A stretch of 64,000 nt of DNA from Lytechinus pictus (GCF_037042905.1 NC_087252.1:15440001-15504000); one strand, 5' to 3'. Positions 39,820-53,990 are shown, numbered from the stretch's first letter. A program made the numbers and translations. Notes: generated by a model not told the origin, from the sequence alone.

Positions 39820-40370
39820 TACCCTTTTTACACAGGATTTTCTTAACCCCGGACTATCGCTAACCCCGTACTATCCTTAACACCGTACTATTTTTTTCCT
39901 TTTCACACATGCCAAATTGTTATCGCTAACCCCGGATAAGAAATGCTTGCTTTTCACACACGAAACTCGCTAACCCCGGACTAGTGGTTTTTGTCGATCA
40001 TTCGTAGTACAAGTACTTCACTCGTACCTTATACACACGCTAAAATGTCCTTAACCCCGTACTATAGGTGGGGCTAAATTGCCATTTAGCCCCACCTATA
40101 GTACGGGGTTAAGCTTAGCCCACTTTCGTTTTACACTAGCGATCTTAACCCCGTACTATCGCTCTTAGCACCGCAATTGCTGGGATAACCCTGCTTTTTT
40201 GCAGGGCCAAATAATCCCGTACTAAAGGTGGGGTTAGCCCACTTTGCAAAAATGCTGTGTAAAAAGAAAGTGGGCTAAGCTTAACCCCGTACTATAGGTG
40301 GGGCTAAATGGCAATTTAGCCCCACCTATAGTACGGGGTTAAGGACATTTTAGCGTGTGTAAAAAGGGTA
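39820..40370. mobile_element. MITE, TIR TACCCTTTTTACACA, CAA 3-bp TSD (PIF/Harbinger-like)
   Basis: caa|taccctttttacaca...tgtgtaaaaagggta|caa; reiterated AACCCCG(G/T)ACTA motifs. Confidence 0.9.
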
Positions 40371-42040
40371 CAAGAGAACTGTTTTGCTGAGCTAGTGCCT
40401 TGAGCGTCTTTGGACAGTGTGTGTGCTCTACAAATCTACACTTTTATCATTAGTAATATAATTGATTTGGATGTTCCCAGAGGAGAATATACTTTAGAAT
40501 TGAATCCTGTTTATAATATATGTTCAATTATGATAATTTCCCTACTGGGAATAACACAGTGTCCCACAGTGTGTGCCACAGTGAATTCACAGTGTGGAAC
40601 ATAATGTAAAATCACCTTCACACTGTTAAATTTGAGAATTTCTGCGGTGGATCACATATTCACACAGTCAACCATGTGAACACACTGTGAACAGTCACAC
40701 TGTCAAGGTGTCCACAGTGTGAAAATATCTTTACACTGTTGAATTTGAGCATTTAACAGTGTGAATAATATTTTCACATAGTCCACTGTGTGAACACACT
40801 GTAATCACACTGTGTACGTGACACTCTGTTCTTTCCTGCAATATAGGTATGATTGTTTCTTCATTTCCTTGACAATGATCTATTCAGTGATTATAATGAC
40901 AATCAGGATGATATATCTTTTCTCTGTAAAAATATCGTTCAATTTAATATCCATTTAATCACCAGTGTAACAATAATGATATCCACACTTATCAAAACAT
41001 TGATTACATTTAGTATTTATTGGCTCTCCACAGCATGTATAATACAGTGAGTGAGTAACGAGACGTCACTATAACCAGTGTGAGATAGCAACAACTTCAA
41101 CATATATAATCTGATACTGTTAAGGCACGGCAGTTGTCGTTAGAAGGTTGTCTATTTTTGGAAATAAGCAGAGAAGCAATATTAACATTTAAATTGAACA
41201 AGGTGTGCATAAAACGGGGCCCTCTTATGCAGAAGGCCAATTACACCACCGTTCCCGAATGCATATACTGCACTTGAGAGTAATACACAATTCATAACAC
41301 AATTGCTTCGTCAGACACCGTAATAGCCATTTCAATCAGTTCCACATGCACCACGACAAGACCTATCACTCAGAATGCTTTTTGTTATTCCACGACGAGA
41401 AATCATCTCTTTATGGACACCGTAGGGTGCGATAACAAAACGAGACAACATAAAAACGGAGATCTGGGACTAAACCCGTGACATTCTGCGACTCTCTGGC
41501 CTCGAGGGGTACAAGGGAATGACTTATCGAAACATCCTTGTAACGTGCGACGGTGTTTTGACTGTTTTAAAAGGTTGAATTAATTTCTACATTGCAAAGC
41601 CCAGTTATGTGTTTATGTATATGATTTAGGGCAAGTGGGTATAGAACTATGCCTATATGCCTGCATAGGGGTAAAATGGGCAATGAATGTAAATTTTTTC
41701 TGAAGACTTGTTGGCAAGGCGATTATTTGGACAATTGATGGAACTAATGATAATTCATAATCAATTAAAGGAATACAATTATCGATTTTCTCAGTTAAGA
41801 ATTTCACTTTTTTGTTAAATTGGTCAAGATGATTTATATTCATCTAATATTCTCAACTATGTGTTTTGCTGAGCTTTACCTGCTGTAGCGTCAGTTGTAT
41901 AAGTAATGAGCCTATAGTTTGGCTTTCAGCAGCCATTATTTCACCCCCTTCTCTCCCCTCTCCCCCCTCCCCCGATTTATTCTTCTTCCCTTGATCATCA
42001 CTCTGAGCCAATTAGTTAACTTCTGGGGATATGTGACATT

Positions 42041-42352
42041 GGCCCGTATTCTGAAGTCAGGTTTATCTTAGACAATGGTCTAACCTTGTGCTATAATTAT
42101 GGGAAGCCAAATATGTCAAAATTATGTTTTCATTGAATGTATCTAATGTTCACTGTGCTCTTTCCTAACTTTGTTATGGTGAAGACAACTATCTTGTTCA
42201 TCCTTCCCAGACATTTAAGAATTATTTGAGACTAAAATGAGCTCATACATTCAACCTCTACTGTTCCAGAATTATGCCACATCTGGCTTCCCATAGTTAA
42301 ATCACAACTTTAAACCAGAGTCTAAATTAAACCTTACTTCAGAATATGGGCC
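42041..42352. mobile_element. MITE with GGCCCGTATTCTGAAGT TIRs (Harbinger-like)
   Basis: ggcccgtattctgaagtcaggttta / taaaccttacttcagaatatgggcc; no clean TSD. Confidence 0.75.
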
Positions 42353-42744
42353 GATGAGTTTAGAAAAAAAAAAAAAACAGTTACAACTAAAATATGGTAG
42401 AGTATTTCCAATCCCTTTAGACATCATGTTCTGGTAATCCTCCATCTTGAAGACCTAGAAATATATCAGTATTTTGATAGCAGTTTTCTACCAAGTACCA
42501 TGCAAACAACAGCTTGAATATGATAGATCCAACCCCTTTAAAAATCATGGGGATTATTCATTACCTTGAAGACCACAGGCCCATTGCCTAAACATTACCA
42601 CTCTGGTAACTTTGCCATCAAATTGTAATTAACTCATATGAAATCCTTGATTTTGATTGGCTGATGAGCATCATTACCATGGTAGTTACCGTTTAATTGC
42701 AAAGTAACAATAACAGTACATTCTGTGTAATGGCACTTTATATA

Positions 42745-43080
42745 TTCAATTCAATTCAATTCATTTATTTAATACTTTCATTAAAAACAAACATATATAA
42801 AGACATAATAACATAGACAATATATAATAGAAATAATTATGACATTAATAGTAAGCAAAACGATACAAAGAAAAAAACAAGAATGAAAAATTACTTTACT
42901 CGGATAGAAATAAAAGTATAAGGAGTGGCAGAAAGGCTGAGCCTTATATAAAAGCCAAGCTCCAAACATGATTATAAACCAAAGTATACATAACCGATTT
43001 AAACAAAAGATAAAATTTAAAGGTACGTGCATATATGCAATCATCAACACCTATTTACAAAAAAAAATAATAATAAAAAA
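42745..43080 (-). mobile_element. LINE 3'-end fragment with (TTGAA)n tail
   Basis: 'tatattcaattcaattcaattcatttattt' start and A-rich body, resembling the 3' end of the LINE at 24133. Confidence 0.5.
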
Positions 43081-43167
43081 AAAATGGACAGACACACACA
43101 CCCACACACACACCCCCACACATACACCACACACACATCTTATTGAGTAAAATCATTGCACCTGTGG

Positions 43168-43362
43168 TATATAACAATTCTTTTCCAACCATTTCTGTAT
43201 CCAATTAAGCAGAAACCTAGGAAAGATGGATATATCACAATAATTGTTTTTCCAACCATTTCTGTAGCCAATTGATCAGAAACATAGGTAAGATGGACAT
43301 ATAACAATAAATGTTTTTCCAACCATTTCTGTAGCCAATTGAGCAGAAACATAGGTAAGATT
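43168..43362. repeat. ~70-bp tandem repeat, 3 units
   Basis: 'ttttccaaccatttctgta.ccaatt...cagaaac.tagg.aagat' x3. Confidence 0.85.
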
Positions 43363-43637
43363 GATTAGTTCCTTTTTATTTCACCTTCCTTTCCGTCCCA
43401 GTCCGATGGCCTTGTTTTGGTGTAGGGTTTGGAAAGTGATCCAGGCTATTACATCATAAGAACAAACATAATCCGATAGCCATGGTGCAGCCTAATCAGT
43501 CGTTAATCAGTCAAGGAAAACAAGCAAGACGGATTAGACATGCCCCCAGCTATAGACAATCCAATTTAAAGTGGTTTGGTTTACAAGATGGTGGAGAGAG
43601 TGGGATAAATATCAGCTCACAATGTGTCCTTAAACTA

Positions 43638-43650
43638 AGGTCAAAGGTCA
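43638..43650 (+). promoter_or_regulatory. Perfect DR1 element AGGTCAAAGGTCA
   Basis: Exact match; function untested. Confidence 0.4.
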
Positions 43651-44409
43651 TTTGAGGTGAGACTGTATTTATAGAGCTGATATCTAGTTGTTGGTTGGGG
43701 GAGTGTTAATTCATTAATCCAACAATTGATCAATTAGTGGCTGCTGTGGTGGTATATCAAGGTTTAATAGTGGATTTAATTGACTGTAATGGTAATTGGT
43801 ATGGGACATAAGCATGAATGTATAGATTAGATGACACAGGAATTATGAGTGGATGTTTAAAAATTAAACAACCACTTGTGAATCATACCAGTAAAAACAT
43901 TTGAAACAAGTAAATCTATTAAATAACTGTAGGCTGAAGTGTTCTCTTATTTCACATAAAACATATGGGGCTCTATCAATCATATATCACACCATTCATG
44001 TATAAAAAGGCAGTTTGAATTTGCCTCAAATTTTTTTTCAAGGAAATGTGTCACCCAAAAAAGGGAATTGCTTTTGATTGCTATAATGATACAGACATGT
44101 TTGAGAGAAGGGTCATTCTTATGATAGGGGGAAAGAATTAATAACAGTAATAATAAACAAGAAGGAACCTATTTACTTGACCTTAGACTAAGGTCACCTA
44201 CTGGTGAGTGGTATGTCATTTGCACTGTAGGGGTCATTTCAAGCTGTCGCGATTAGTCTTCATCAAAACGCTAGAGAGCCATACACAGGCCTTTACACTA
44301 ATGTACAAACAGAAGGGGGGAAGGTGGTGCTTAGCTCCCCAAAATTGTAAGACTAACAAAAATAAAGTAAAAGAATGAAAAATAAATGAAGAAAAGAAAT
44401 GGTGACCAA

Positions 44410-44508
44410 CTGGAATACTCCCTAGGGAGTGGAGGATGTGCATACCTTGTATGTAGGAATGATTGATGCAGTCTAATGACCGAGGTGATAAATCTGTAAG
44501 TGTTTATA

Positions 44509-44539
<31 letters not shown>

Positions 44540-44566
44540 CTAATAATAAATCTGTAAGTGTTTATA

Positions 44567-44597
<31 letters not shown>

Positions 44598-44624
44598 CTA
44601 ATAATAAATCTGTAAGTGTTTATA

Positions 44625-44655
<31 letters not shown>

Positions 44656-44690
44656 CTAATAATAAATTTGTAAGTGTTTATAGAATACAA
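44410..44690 (+). mobile_element. SINE family C 3' fragment with a tandemly amplified tail (58-bp unit, 3 copies plus a partial)
   Basis: 'ggaatactccctagggagtggaggatgtgc'; 'aatctgtaagtgtttatagaat' recurs at 44491, 44549, 44607 and 44665. Confidence 0.75.
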
Positions 44691-45182
44691 TGTATAGCTT
44701 TATTATGTACATTATAGATAACCAGATTATTATTATTATTAACTTTAATATTTTTAAAAATTGTATTGTGTTCAAGAATGTTGCACAAATATCACTATGG
44801 GCATATGTATTGCAAATAATGCTTTCTTAGATGTGCTGCTTAAGTATATAAATTTTGATATTAAAATAATTTTTCAGACGTTGTAAAGTTTTGCTTTTTA
44901 AAAACATACAAAATATGACGTCTGAGAGCATCTTAATTGCATTTTACCTTAACTTTAATATACCTCTGAAATGACTATTTACAGAGATATTGAATTGCTA
45001 ACTGGAAATGAATTAAGAGCCTGTCTCTGCATTCTATCACTACATTAAACAAATATGCTTACACTTCTTTATGAGGATCATCTTTTACATACCTAGTCTG
45101 TTTATTCAGACCTTTTGTGTCTAGTTGACATAATATGTGATAAAAATATCAATAATCAATTGAAATTAATGAACCTTTCTTG

Positions 45183-45455
45183 TGGAGCATTGTGGCAAAG
45201 TGGATTAGTCTCTGGACTTTGAAACAGACGGTTGGGGGTTCAAATCCCAGCCATGGCATAATTTCCCTCAGTATGTAATTGATCCACATTGTGCTGCACT
45301 TAACCCAGGTGTGTAAAACGGGTACCTGGCAGGATTTTTTCCTCAAAACGCTTGAGCGCTTTACAGTAGCTCCGTGAAAGCCATGGTAATTATGATGTAT
45401 TATTTTAGAACGCTTAGAAACTTCTATTAAAGTGTTAAGTGCTATTAGCAAGGAT
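45183..45455 (+). mobile_element. tRNA-derived SINE, family A variant
   Basis: 'ggagcattgtggcaaagtgg...gttcaaatccc...gatccacattgtgctgcacttaacccaggtg...gggtacctggcagg'. Confidence 0.8.
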
Positions 45456-46159
45456 AGTTATACTGTACTCTTATCAATCCAGTCTTATATTTATATGTTT
45501 GTTCCGTTATAATATTAATGTATTCATTCATTTACAGCATATATTATTTTGTAAAGATATACTGTTAATGAGGGATATAACTACGATTGGAGAAAAATAA
45601 ACAAGTGATCATGCGCAAAGTTGTCTGAATTTAAAGACTAATAGCTACCTACTTTCGTAGACTGTGATATGAGCATTCCTTCTTTTCATAATTACAAAAT
45701 GGGCCTCCTTCTTTTTCATTAGCCTGTCTCTTCCATGGCATAATAATAACTAAATATTGTCTGCTTTGATCGGTATAAGTGTATTGCTATCTATATTGCT
45801 AATGATGAATCTCCATGCATTTCTCTGTACTGTATGATTGGTTCTAACGGAGAATGTCTGTATTTTGTTCTAACATTTGTGATATTATCGAATACCGGTA
45901 GCTAAAAAGGGGACTTTGAAAAATGAGTTGTCTCTTTGCAATTCTTATTGGCCATTGGAAAAAACATTATTATGCTATTTACATGTATTTTTATTATTGC
46001 TGTGACAGATTTATTTTCAATTTCATCTCTATTTTGATTGTATGTATATTCACTTTGTAGATCTATTGACTCCCCAGAATGTTAGGCCGATATGGTATCT
46101 CTTTGCACTTCCAAAGTTTGTTGATATCATTTATATTTATTATTCTGGCTTTATTTATG

Positions 46160-46290
46160 GGCCCCGTCTTACAAAGAGTTACGATTGATCGATCAATCGC
46201 AACTATGGACGGCCAGCAATGTCAACATCTACTATGTATGTTTGTTCAAAATATTTTCTAGTTATGATGTATATTCATCATTGTTTGAAC
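46160..46290. mobile_element. Partial Harbinger-like MITE (family of 27567)
   Basis: ggccccgtcttacaaagagttacgattgatc terminus; other end not seen. Confidence 0.65.
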
Positions 46291-48332
46291 CAACTTATAG
46301 GTTTGTTAAAATGTTCCTTTTTCTACTTCGTATGTCATGTTCACATTGCCTGTTTACTGATTTATGATATATTCTGACCATACTTTCACAAACATCAGCT
46401 AGTTTGTTTTATTTTTTATTTTATTTTTTACCATGCCTCACAAAAAAATAAATTGACGGAATACAATGTTGATAATGATGATACATTGATAATGTGATAT
46501 TATCAATGCAAACAGTTGGTGACCTTTTACTAGTTTCATTTATTTTCATTTCATTTCATTTCATTCCATTCCATTTCATTCCATTCCATTTCATTCCATT
46601 TCATTCCATTATTATTATAGTTGAGATAGAAACAAGAAAAAATGGCTACTTATCTCAGCATATCGATAGTATTGAATCTATCCACATTGACCCACAACAG
46701 AAGGGAGAGTGAGTGAACGCTGATACGGCCTGATGGTTTGGTAAACCATACTGCGCTTTGAAATCGACATCCTCGTTTGCGTCCGTAATGGAGGGAGTAA
46801 TCATTCCCGTCAATATTTATCCACTTCCCCCCCCCGACTTCTCCTCCCCTCCTGGCTCCACGCAGCTCCGCGGAGATTCCCTTCGAAATATGATTTGAAT
46901 TTTATTGAGAAATTATAGTGAGCTTTAATATCGAAGGCCCCGGTTTGGGGAGAAGTGTGTCAATGGATGCGTTAGCGAGGGCTTGGTTTGTGATGTGTTT
47001 GTGATTGCATGCTACTCTTCACAGGAACGCTTCAGACTATTTTCTCAGAATAATAATCGATATTCTCGCCCTGCTATCATTCAGCCAATCTATACATTCC
47101 TAATTGCCTCTTTACCGATCTGTACTGTATCTATTAAACATAAATGCAAGTCGTGGTAACGAATAATGATCTAAAAGTGAGTTTGAACAGAATGCAATAA
47201 AATAACCATCAAAGTATTTATATATCTGAATAGAAAAATATCAGCTAAATGATTCTGTTGGAGAATGTGGATTTCCTGATGAATTGACAAAATGAGCATG
47301 GCCTTTGCAGCCAGAAGTCTGTTCCTTTCCAAGCAATAATAGTACACTGTCCCATATGTGCTTATCTGTGTTGGCGATCTTCAGTTAGTATATTTTTCAG
47401 CTTAGATTTCATGATTTCAGAGTTGGATTTACGCAAAGAAGATGTCCTGGTATGGTGACAATTTACCTTGGTTTTAAAGAATTTCTCATGAAATCCTCGT
47501 TTTGCTGCAGCTAGCTATACAGTTAATAAGCTTTGACAAGTGTACTAAACAGATCATGATATCTTTCAAGTATTATAGCAAATCATTTATTTTTACAATA
47601 ATGTAAAACATTGCAAATATGTAACACACAAAATTGAACAGGAAAATGAACCAAGTAAGGATTTCAAACATAATACAAAGAAATGTACATTATTGTAGGG
47701 GAGCCAAAAGAAGGCAAAATTAGTCTTAAAAACCAGGTACCAAACATAACATTTACAGTCAGTGCAATCACTATCAAATGGACTGTATTTGTTAGTAAAG
47801 AATGGATGGCATTTGTGAGAAAAGATTGTATTTTGTGAAATACAGAAGTCACAGTAGAACTATTGAAAATTATGAGCTATATTGAATCATACTTAATCAT
47901 TATAGCCCACGATTAACCATTTACGCAAATCCTTAGTATAAAAAGCTGCTATACCAATTTGGCATTTCTCCCGTGTTGCTTAAATTCCTAAATGCATTCA
48001 TTCGCCATGGATATAATTTAATTATTGCTTTAATCCTCACCCTTTACCCCCCCAAAAAAAAAATAAAGAAGAAGGAAAAGAAAATTTAATATACAAGACA
48101 GCAAGAATATGATCTGTTCAGGGGACTCCATGGAATGTATTTTTCATGTTGAAACAAATGAAATACAAATATTATTGTTTGGTCTTGTAAATCATGTAAA
48201 ACTAATAAATCCAAGATACTATCGTAGGAAATACTTTATAACACCGTTACATTTTACCTTTATTCACTTGTTGTGGAATTCAGAAGATGTACACTGTTCT
48301 TTGGGCACTGATAATGCATATACACTCATTAC

Positions 48333-48500
48333 ACTCTCATAATTTTTAACCAAACCGAAAGTTGGTTAAGATATGAATGGACCAAATGTTGGTTTAAAAC
48401 ATCTCAATTCATTGTGCATGCAATTTTATTTCAACCAACACTTGGTAGTAAGTTCATATGTGGACCAACCTATAGGATGGTGAAAACAAATCTTAGAATG
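48333..48500. mobile_element. CACTC-terminal MITE-like repeat (related copy at 51097-51270)
   Basis: 'tacactctcataatttttaaccaa' versus 'tacactctcagataattttttaaccaa'; repeated ACCAAC/GTTGGT motifs. Confidence 0.55.
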
Positions 48501-51500
48501 TTGATGTATTTGATGAATACCCTTCGTTTTATTCAAGAAAAATGAAAAATCATTGAAAAAAATGTCTGACCCGCAAGACTACTCAAGATGGTAACTTAAA
48601 ACTGTTTCAACTCTGCCACAAATTTGATTCTTTTATTCCTTCATTTGCCTGCCACTAAAGCACTACTGCCCCCGTTTCTTCGAGCCCTGAAAAGAAAAAA
48701 AGGAGGAGGCCAGAATACAATACAAACACGAGTCCCCCACAAAACTCACGCCCGACGTGACTGTCCATTGCTTGCTGTCGCCCTCGCTTGTCGGCGGACC
48801 TAGCTAGTTTTCATTATTGTGTTCTCGAGTGGATTCTTCTAATATTGAAAACATGAACTTGAGAAGATATCGTGTATGGGGTGCCAAATGATAGGAATCA
48901 TAAAGAAATTAATTCTTTAGAATATATTGCGTTCAGGCTCTTATTTTCCACCCGTATATATAACGGCCCATAGCTAGGGAAGAACGTAGTGGTCTGGCAA
49001 ATTAAGTAGTCCATCAAGTTTGTGGTGATGGTGGTGATCATTTTAAGCATTAATACTTGTATAAGCAAGATACCACAGGACCAAATGCCCAAGTTCATAT
49101 CCGAGGAACCTGATCAAGATGATGAATAAGGGTTGGCAATTTCTTAGGAAATTTAGGTAGTTCCTGCCAAGGTGGAAAATACTGGGAAACACTAGTAAAT
49201 GCTGGGAAAGACCTAACATGTACAGGGTGATACAGGGACAGGCTTGAAAATGCTTGAGAAACACTTGGGCAATTCCTGAAAATATTCAAGAAGAAAATAA
49301 TGTATTTCCCTGCATTTCCAACTATTTCCCATTTTCCTTAAAAAAAAAGAAGGTTATTGAGGCGGTATTTATCAGCATTTACCACCAGTATTTCTCCAGT
49401 CTGGCCAGTCCTGGGATGAATATCTTACCAAGTGAGGAATTAAATTAGAGTTGTTGTAATTCAAAATTCTGGCTTTTATTCACAAAATCTATACCCCACC
49501 ACCACGCCCCATTACTGACCCCACCCCAAGCCATGTACTGACCCCACCCCGACCCCCATCCATTCCCCAGTGAGTGCAGCCAACAATTTTTCCAAACCTG
49601 TCACAATAAATCCTCAATTGACTTCATTTATGTGCTTAGTTCCACAATAATATAGATTTTTCTCTATTGTGTTCCCCCATAATAACTAATCAATAACAGT
49701 TAAACAGAGGTCATAAATGAAATAATAGCCTCTTGGTCATCAATAAGAGTCATTTTAGAAACACCTCTTTCATGAAACGTCCATGATAAATAGCTTAAAA
49801 CACTTTTTAGGATTTAATCTTCAATGGTCTTGGAAAAAACAGAAACGATTTCTTGTTAATCTCATAAATTGCCGTCTTTCAGTAATGATGTGTCAGAATA
49901 GATGAGGGTCATTTCAAGTCTGCATTGTATTTTTCAAGTTTTTATTTTCCAAATCCTTTTGAGAAAAATCTGTTTTCCTGCTCTGGAGCAAAGGTCTTGA
50001 CCTGATAATCCTTTATTGTGCGCTTATTTTCAAAGTTTTGTGAATTTGGCTGCCATGTACAGATGTCTTAAAGGTATAGAATCGCAGGATAATTTGTTAG
50101 AAACTGTTTCACACTGTCCAACTTCCAAACTAACATTCATATGAGAGATCACTTGGTACATCATTAAAGCCTATCTTATTTCCTCTTAAATCCCCTAAAA
50201 GTGTATGTCATGAGAATCATTACTAGATTTATATATGAATATATGAAGATTATTAACTAAAAATGTGTATTTTTGATAAGTGAACAGATTTTACATCAAA
50301 ATAAAATGTCTGCTTACTTTTATCTTGTTTATTTCAAACTTCTCAAGCATGGAATGAGCTGAAAATATCAGGATGTATTAAATCTTTTTCTAAAAATTTG
50401 TCTACAGATGTTTAATCTAAGTTCTCAAATGGCTTTTGATATCAATAAAACTAACAAGAGAGGGCGCCATATGCCAGATTTGAATTCAAATGCCAGAATA
50501 AAATAAATGACAAATTTAGAATCTAAATGCTGAAAAACACAGTCAGTGACCTCTACACTTTTGTAATATTGGAATACAAGAGTATAATACTGACCCTTTA
50601 CAAAATTTTCATGCTGAATGTAAAGAAATAAAAATAATCTCTCTCTGAACAACCTGTTGAAAGTTTATTACCAATAATAATATCTCTTCCTTACATCTGT
50701 AAACATAGATAACATTCCCATAGAGTGAATGTTCACATAATACCACTTACTTCTAGATGGGTGGAAGTGGTATCTATATCACAGATTTAAAGGTATTGTG
50801 TAACTTTTCATCTTCTTCTGCTAGTATTCATCTGTCAGTGTATGCCTATATTGTTTATCAAACCTTAGTGATACTTTAACAATAGATATAATGCCCATAT
50901 GTTATCTGCAAAGTTGTTGTTTTAAATAGATGCACAACATAGCATCAAACTTCTAAAAAATGATTATTTTGTAGGCCTGTTTAGATAAGTTTATGTTTGT
51001 TATAATACCCATGATTATCAGGTATTAATTGATACATCTATTTACATGTCAATATATCTACAGATATGGCAAGCATTACATACACATTCACATTACACAC
51101 TCTCAGATAATTTTTTAACCAACCTGTAAGTTGGTATGAAATATAAACCTACCAACTGTCAGTTAAAACATAAATTAGGTGCAAAATGACTTGGGATTTT
51201 TTTAAACCAACAGTTGGAAGGTGAATATTTTTACCAACTTTTGAGTTGATTATTTTTTTTTTATTGGTTAAAAACTGGTAGGTGTCCTCTCATCTTAGTA
51301 TTGGAGTATGGATTTTTGTTGTTGAGTGAAAGGAGTTGGTACTACCTTTAATCAGCAACCTTTACTTTTTCTGATCATAAATCACATTTTACGACCATCC
51401 AATCACAACACCCAAGGGCCATTGAAGTCAACTCATCTAAACAGGCGTTGAAAGACATAGCTGACGAGTGATGTCATTACTATCCAGGCTTCTCATTGGT

Positions 51501-52278
51501 CTATTGAGGTGTCAGGAGGCCTAAGCTTCTCCCCCAACTTCTTGAAGATATTCACTGTTTTTGTGTTTACTGAAAATTTGTTTTTGCAAAAAAGGGAATT
51601 TGAAGGGGTGAGATAGGCGGGAGGTTTTGATGGTAAATATTTTGGAAGGATAAAACAAGTTTTGTGGAGCTGGGGTTGTATTTTATGTTGGGGTTTGTAT
51701 ATGATTTGAATGATTGATATGAGAACTAGGAGAGGAACTTGAGAGAGTTAGCGAGGGACCAAGAAAAAAGAGAGAAGAGGAGAGGAAGAGAAGAGGAGAG
51801 GAGAAGAGGATAGAGGAAAGAAGAGTAGAAGAGGAACATGAGAAGAAAGGAAGAAGAGGAGGGGGTGGGATAGAGAAACAAGGATAGTGGAAGAAAGAGA
51901 GAGAGAGACATAGAGAGAGAGGGGAGAGAGAGGAAGAGATAGATGGAGAGAAAGAGAGGGGAGAGATCTTTAGAAGTTTAGAATCAAAAGTGTTCTAAAA
52001 AAAGTCTAGAATTGAAAAAAAAAAGTTCCTAGCATATTCCTCTGAATTGAGTATATCCTGAATATTATCCTTATACTTTGATTTTCTGTACTGTATATCA
52101 GTTTCATTTCATATATTTTTAATCTTATTTCACTTACTCTATCAGCATACACTACGTTTTTAGTAAACACTTTTATGATGTAAATATTTTCAGTTATCAT
52201 GAACTATTAAAAATGGGAATATGGCATGTGGGGCAGCCTCAAAGTACACAAAGTATCAAATAAAATGTATTTATATAG

Positions 52279-52379
52279 AAATAATTAATTTTCACTAATA
52301 TGATATCTGTTCTTTTCTTATTCTCTTTTCCGCATGTTCCATGGACTCTCTGTTATTTGATTTACAACTTCAGGTAAGA
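52279..52379 (+). other. Candidate recursive splice site CAG|GTAAGA at 52373/52374
   Basis: No AG between 52279 and 52371; branch-like TCACTAAT at ~52292-52299; long polypyrimidine tract 52306-52331; TTCAG|GTAAGA. Confidence 0.65.
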
Positions 52380-53194
52380 TGCTCATACCAATTATTAAAG
52401 TTTCATTTTTTTGTGTAAATAACTGAATGAATGGAATAGATAAATGAAATCTATAAATCCTTTGCATGTTTAGGTTGCAATTTTTCACATTCAACAACCA
52501 TGATAATACAATTTTCCCTTACCTTTTTTTCAAGGGAAGGTAACAAATTACTACAGTTCCTTGGACAATAATTAGCAGTGTCATTGGTGCAATAAACAAT
52601 TCTAGATTCATAGAAATTATAAAACAATCATTATTTTATCCCCCAAAATAAATTCAGAAGGCAAAGAGTTAAAACATTGTTCTAAATCACACTGAAATAA
52701 AAATAAGACATTTGTTTAATCATGGCTCACCCAAACTTATTTAAAAATGAAAAAAAAAATAAAGAAGCATGTTTGGTAATTTTGAAGAGAGTCAGCGACA
52801 TAACTAAAGAATGGATTACAGGTTTCCTTGCAGCTCCTGTCATCACGGTCCATTTCTAGAAAGTGTTAGAAACTTTAGATGCTCTCTAAAAATATACAAA
52901 CATGGAATCATTCCTTCCCAAATATTTTGAATGCTTGCTCACACTTTGAGTGCGAGTGCCAATGACGAGCTAATCCCCCCAAACTTGTTCATATATTTGT
53001 GGGTTCAGTTTTCGTCTGTGATGCGAAGACATACCATAAACACTAGAACAATGTGAAGTCTTTTGCAGTAGCACTGGATTGACCCCTTTTAACACCAGCA
53101 AAGATCGGAGGGGAAGACTGGACACTTATGTGATTTTGTGATATGATGAATTTTGTAGATGGGGAAGGGCGCCCATCAGTCTATCAGTCATTCC

Positions 53195-53403
53195 TGAATA
53201 CAAATCAGCACATCCTCCACTCCCTGGGGAGCATTCCAGCCAGTCACCATATGAGGCACACACAATACTGGTCAAGCTACAGTGACCGTACATGCTAGTG
53301 GTTATACCAATACCTGGGTGGAGAGTGGCAAAGTGTGGATTGATGCCTTGCCAAAGGACGCTAGTTCATGGTGAAATCCGAACACACGACCCTCTGATTA
53401 CAA
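53195..53403 (-). mobile_element. SINE family C (GAATGCTCCCCAGGGAGTGGAG motif)
   Basis: 'cacatcctccactccctggggagcattcc...acctgggtggagagtggc...ccgaacacacgaccctctgattac'. The motif is shared with 13930, 18045, 23420 and 44412. Confidence 0.7.
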
Positions 53404-53990
53404 TAATAATAATCTTTTGGACTTGTATAGCGCCTAAGGAGAATTGGAAAGAAATGTTTTTTTATTAGTTTCAGAAGTTAAATCCTTTTTAATGACTTAG
53501 GTGACGAATGGACACATAACCCCCCCTCAGGTTTGAGAAACTTTGGGGGTAATGCAAGAGTCGGAAACACCACACCTCTTCCACTCTCTATCTAGTGCAT
53601 CATTACTGATAATTAAATGAATTGATATAATATATAAAAGGGGATTGGGATGGGATGACCAGGTCAGCTAAAGCAGTTAGACCCTGGCTTCCAGTGAAGG
53701 GCATCTGTCTACTGCATTACCAGGCAGATGTCATCAAGAACCATTGTCAGAAACTCAACACGTTTCGCCTCGTCTCCTTCAGGGTGCGAGTTACATCCTT
53801 TAGCATGCCAGAGAAGGCCCCAGAGAGCTCTGGTAGAGTTGGTGAGTGGACGACTGATGGGGGGGGGGGGGGCTGGCAACGGAGAGCTTGATCGAGTGAT
53901 AGTCCCGTTCTAACCTTCCTTTGAACCACTTTGCAACACCAGTTTAGACTGATTGTTTCGCTTGCGCTGTCATGGCAATCTCCTGACCAG

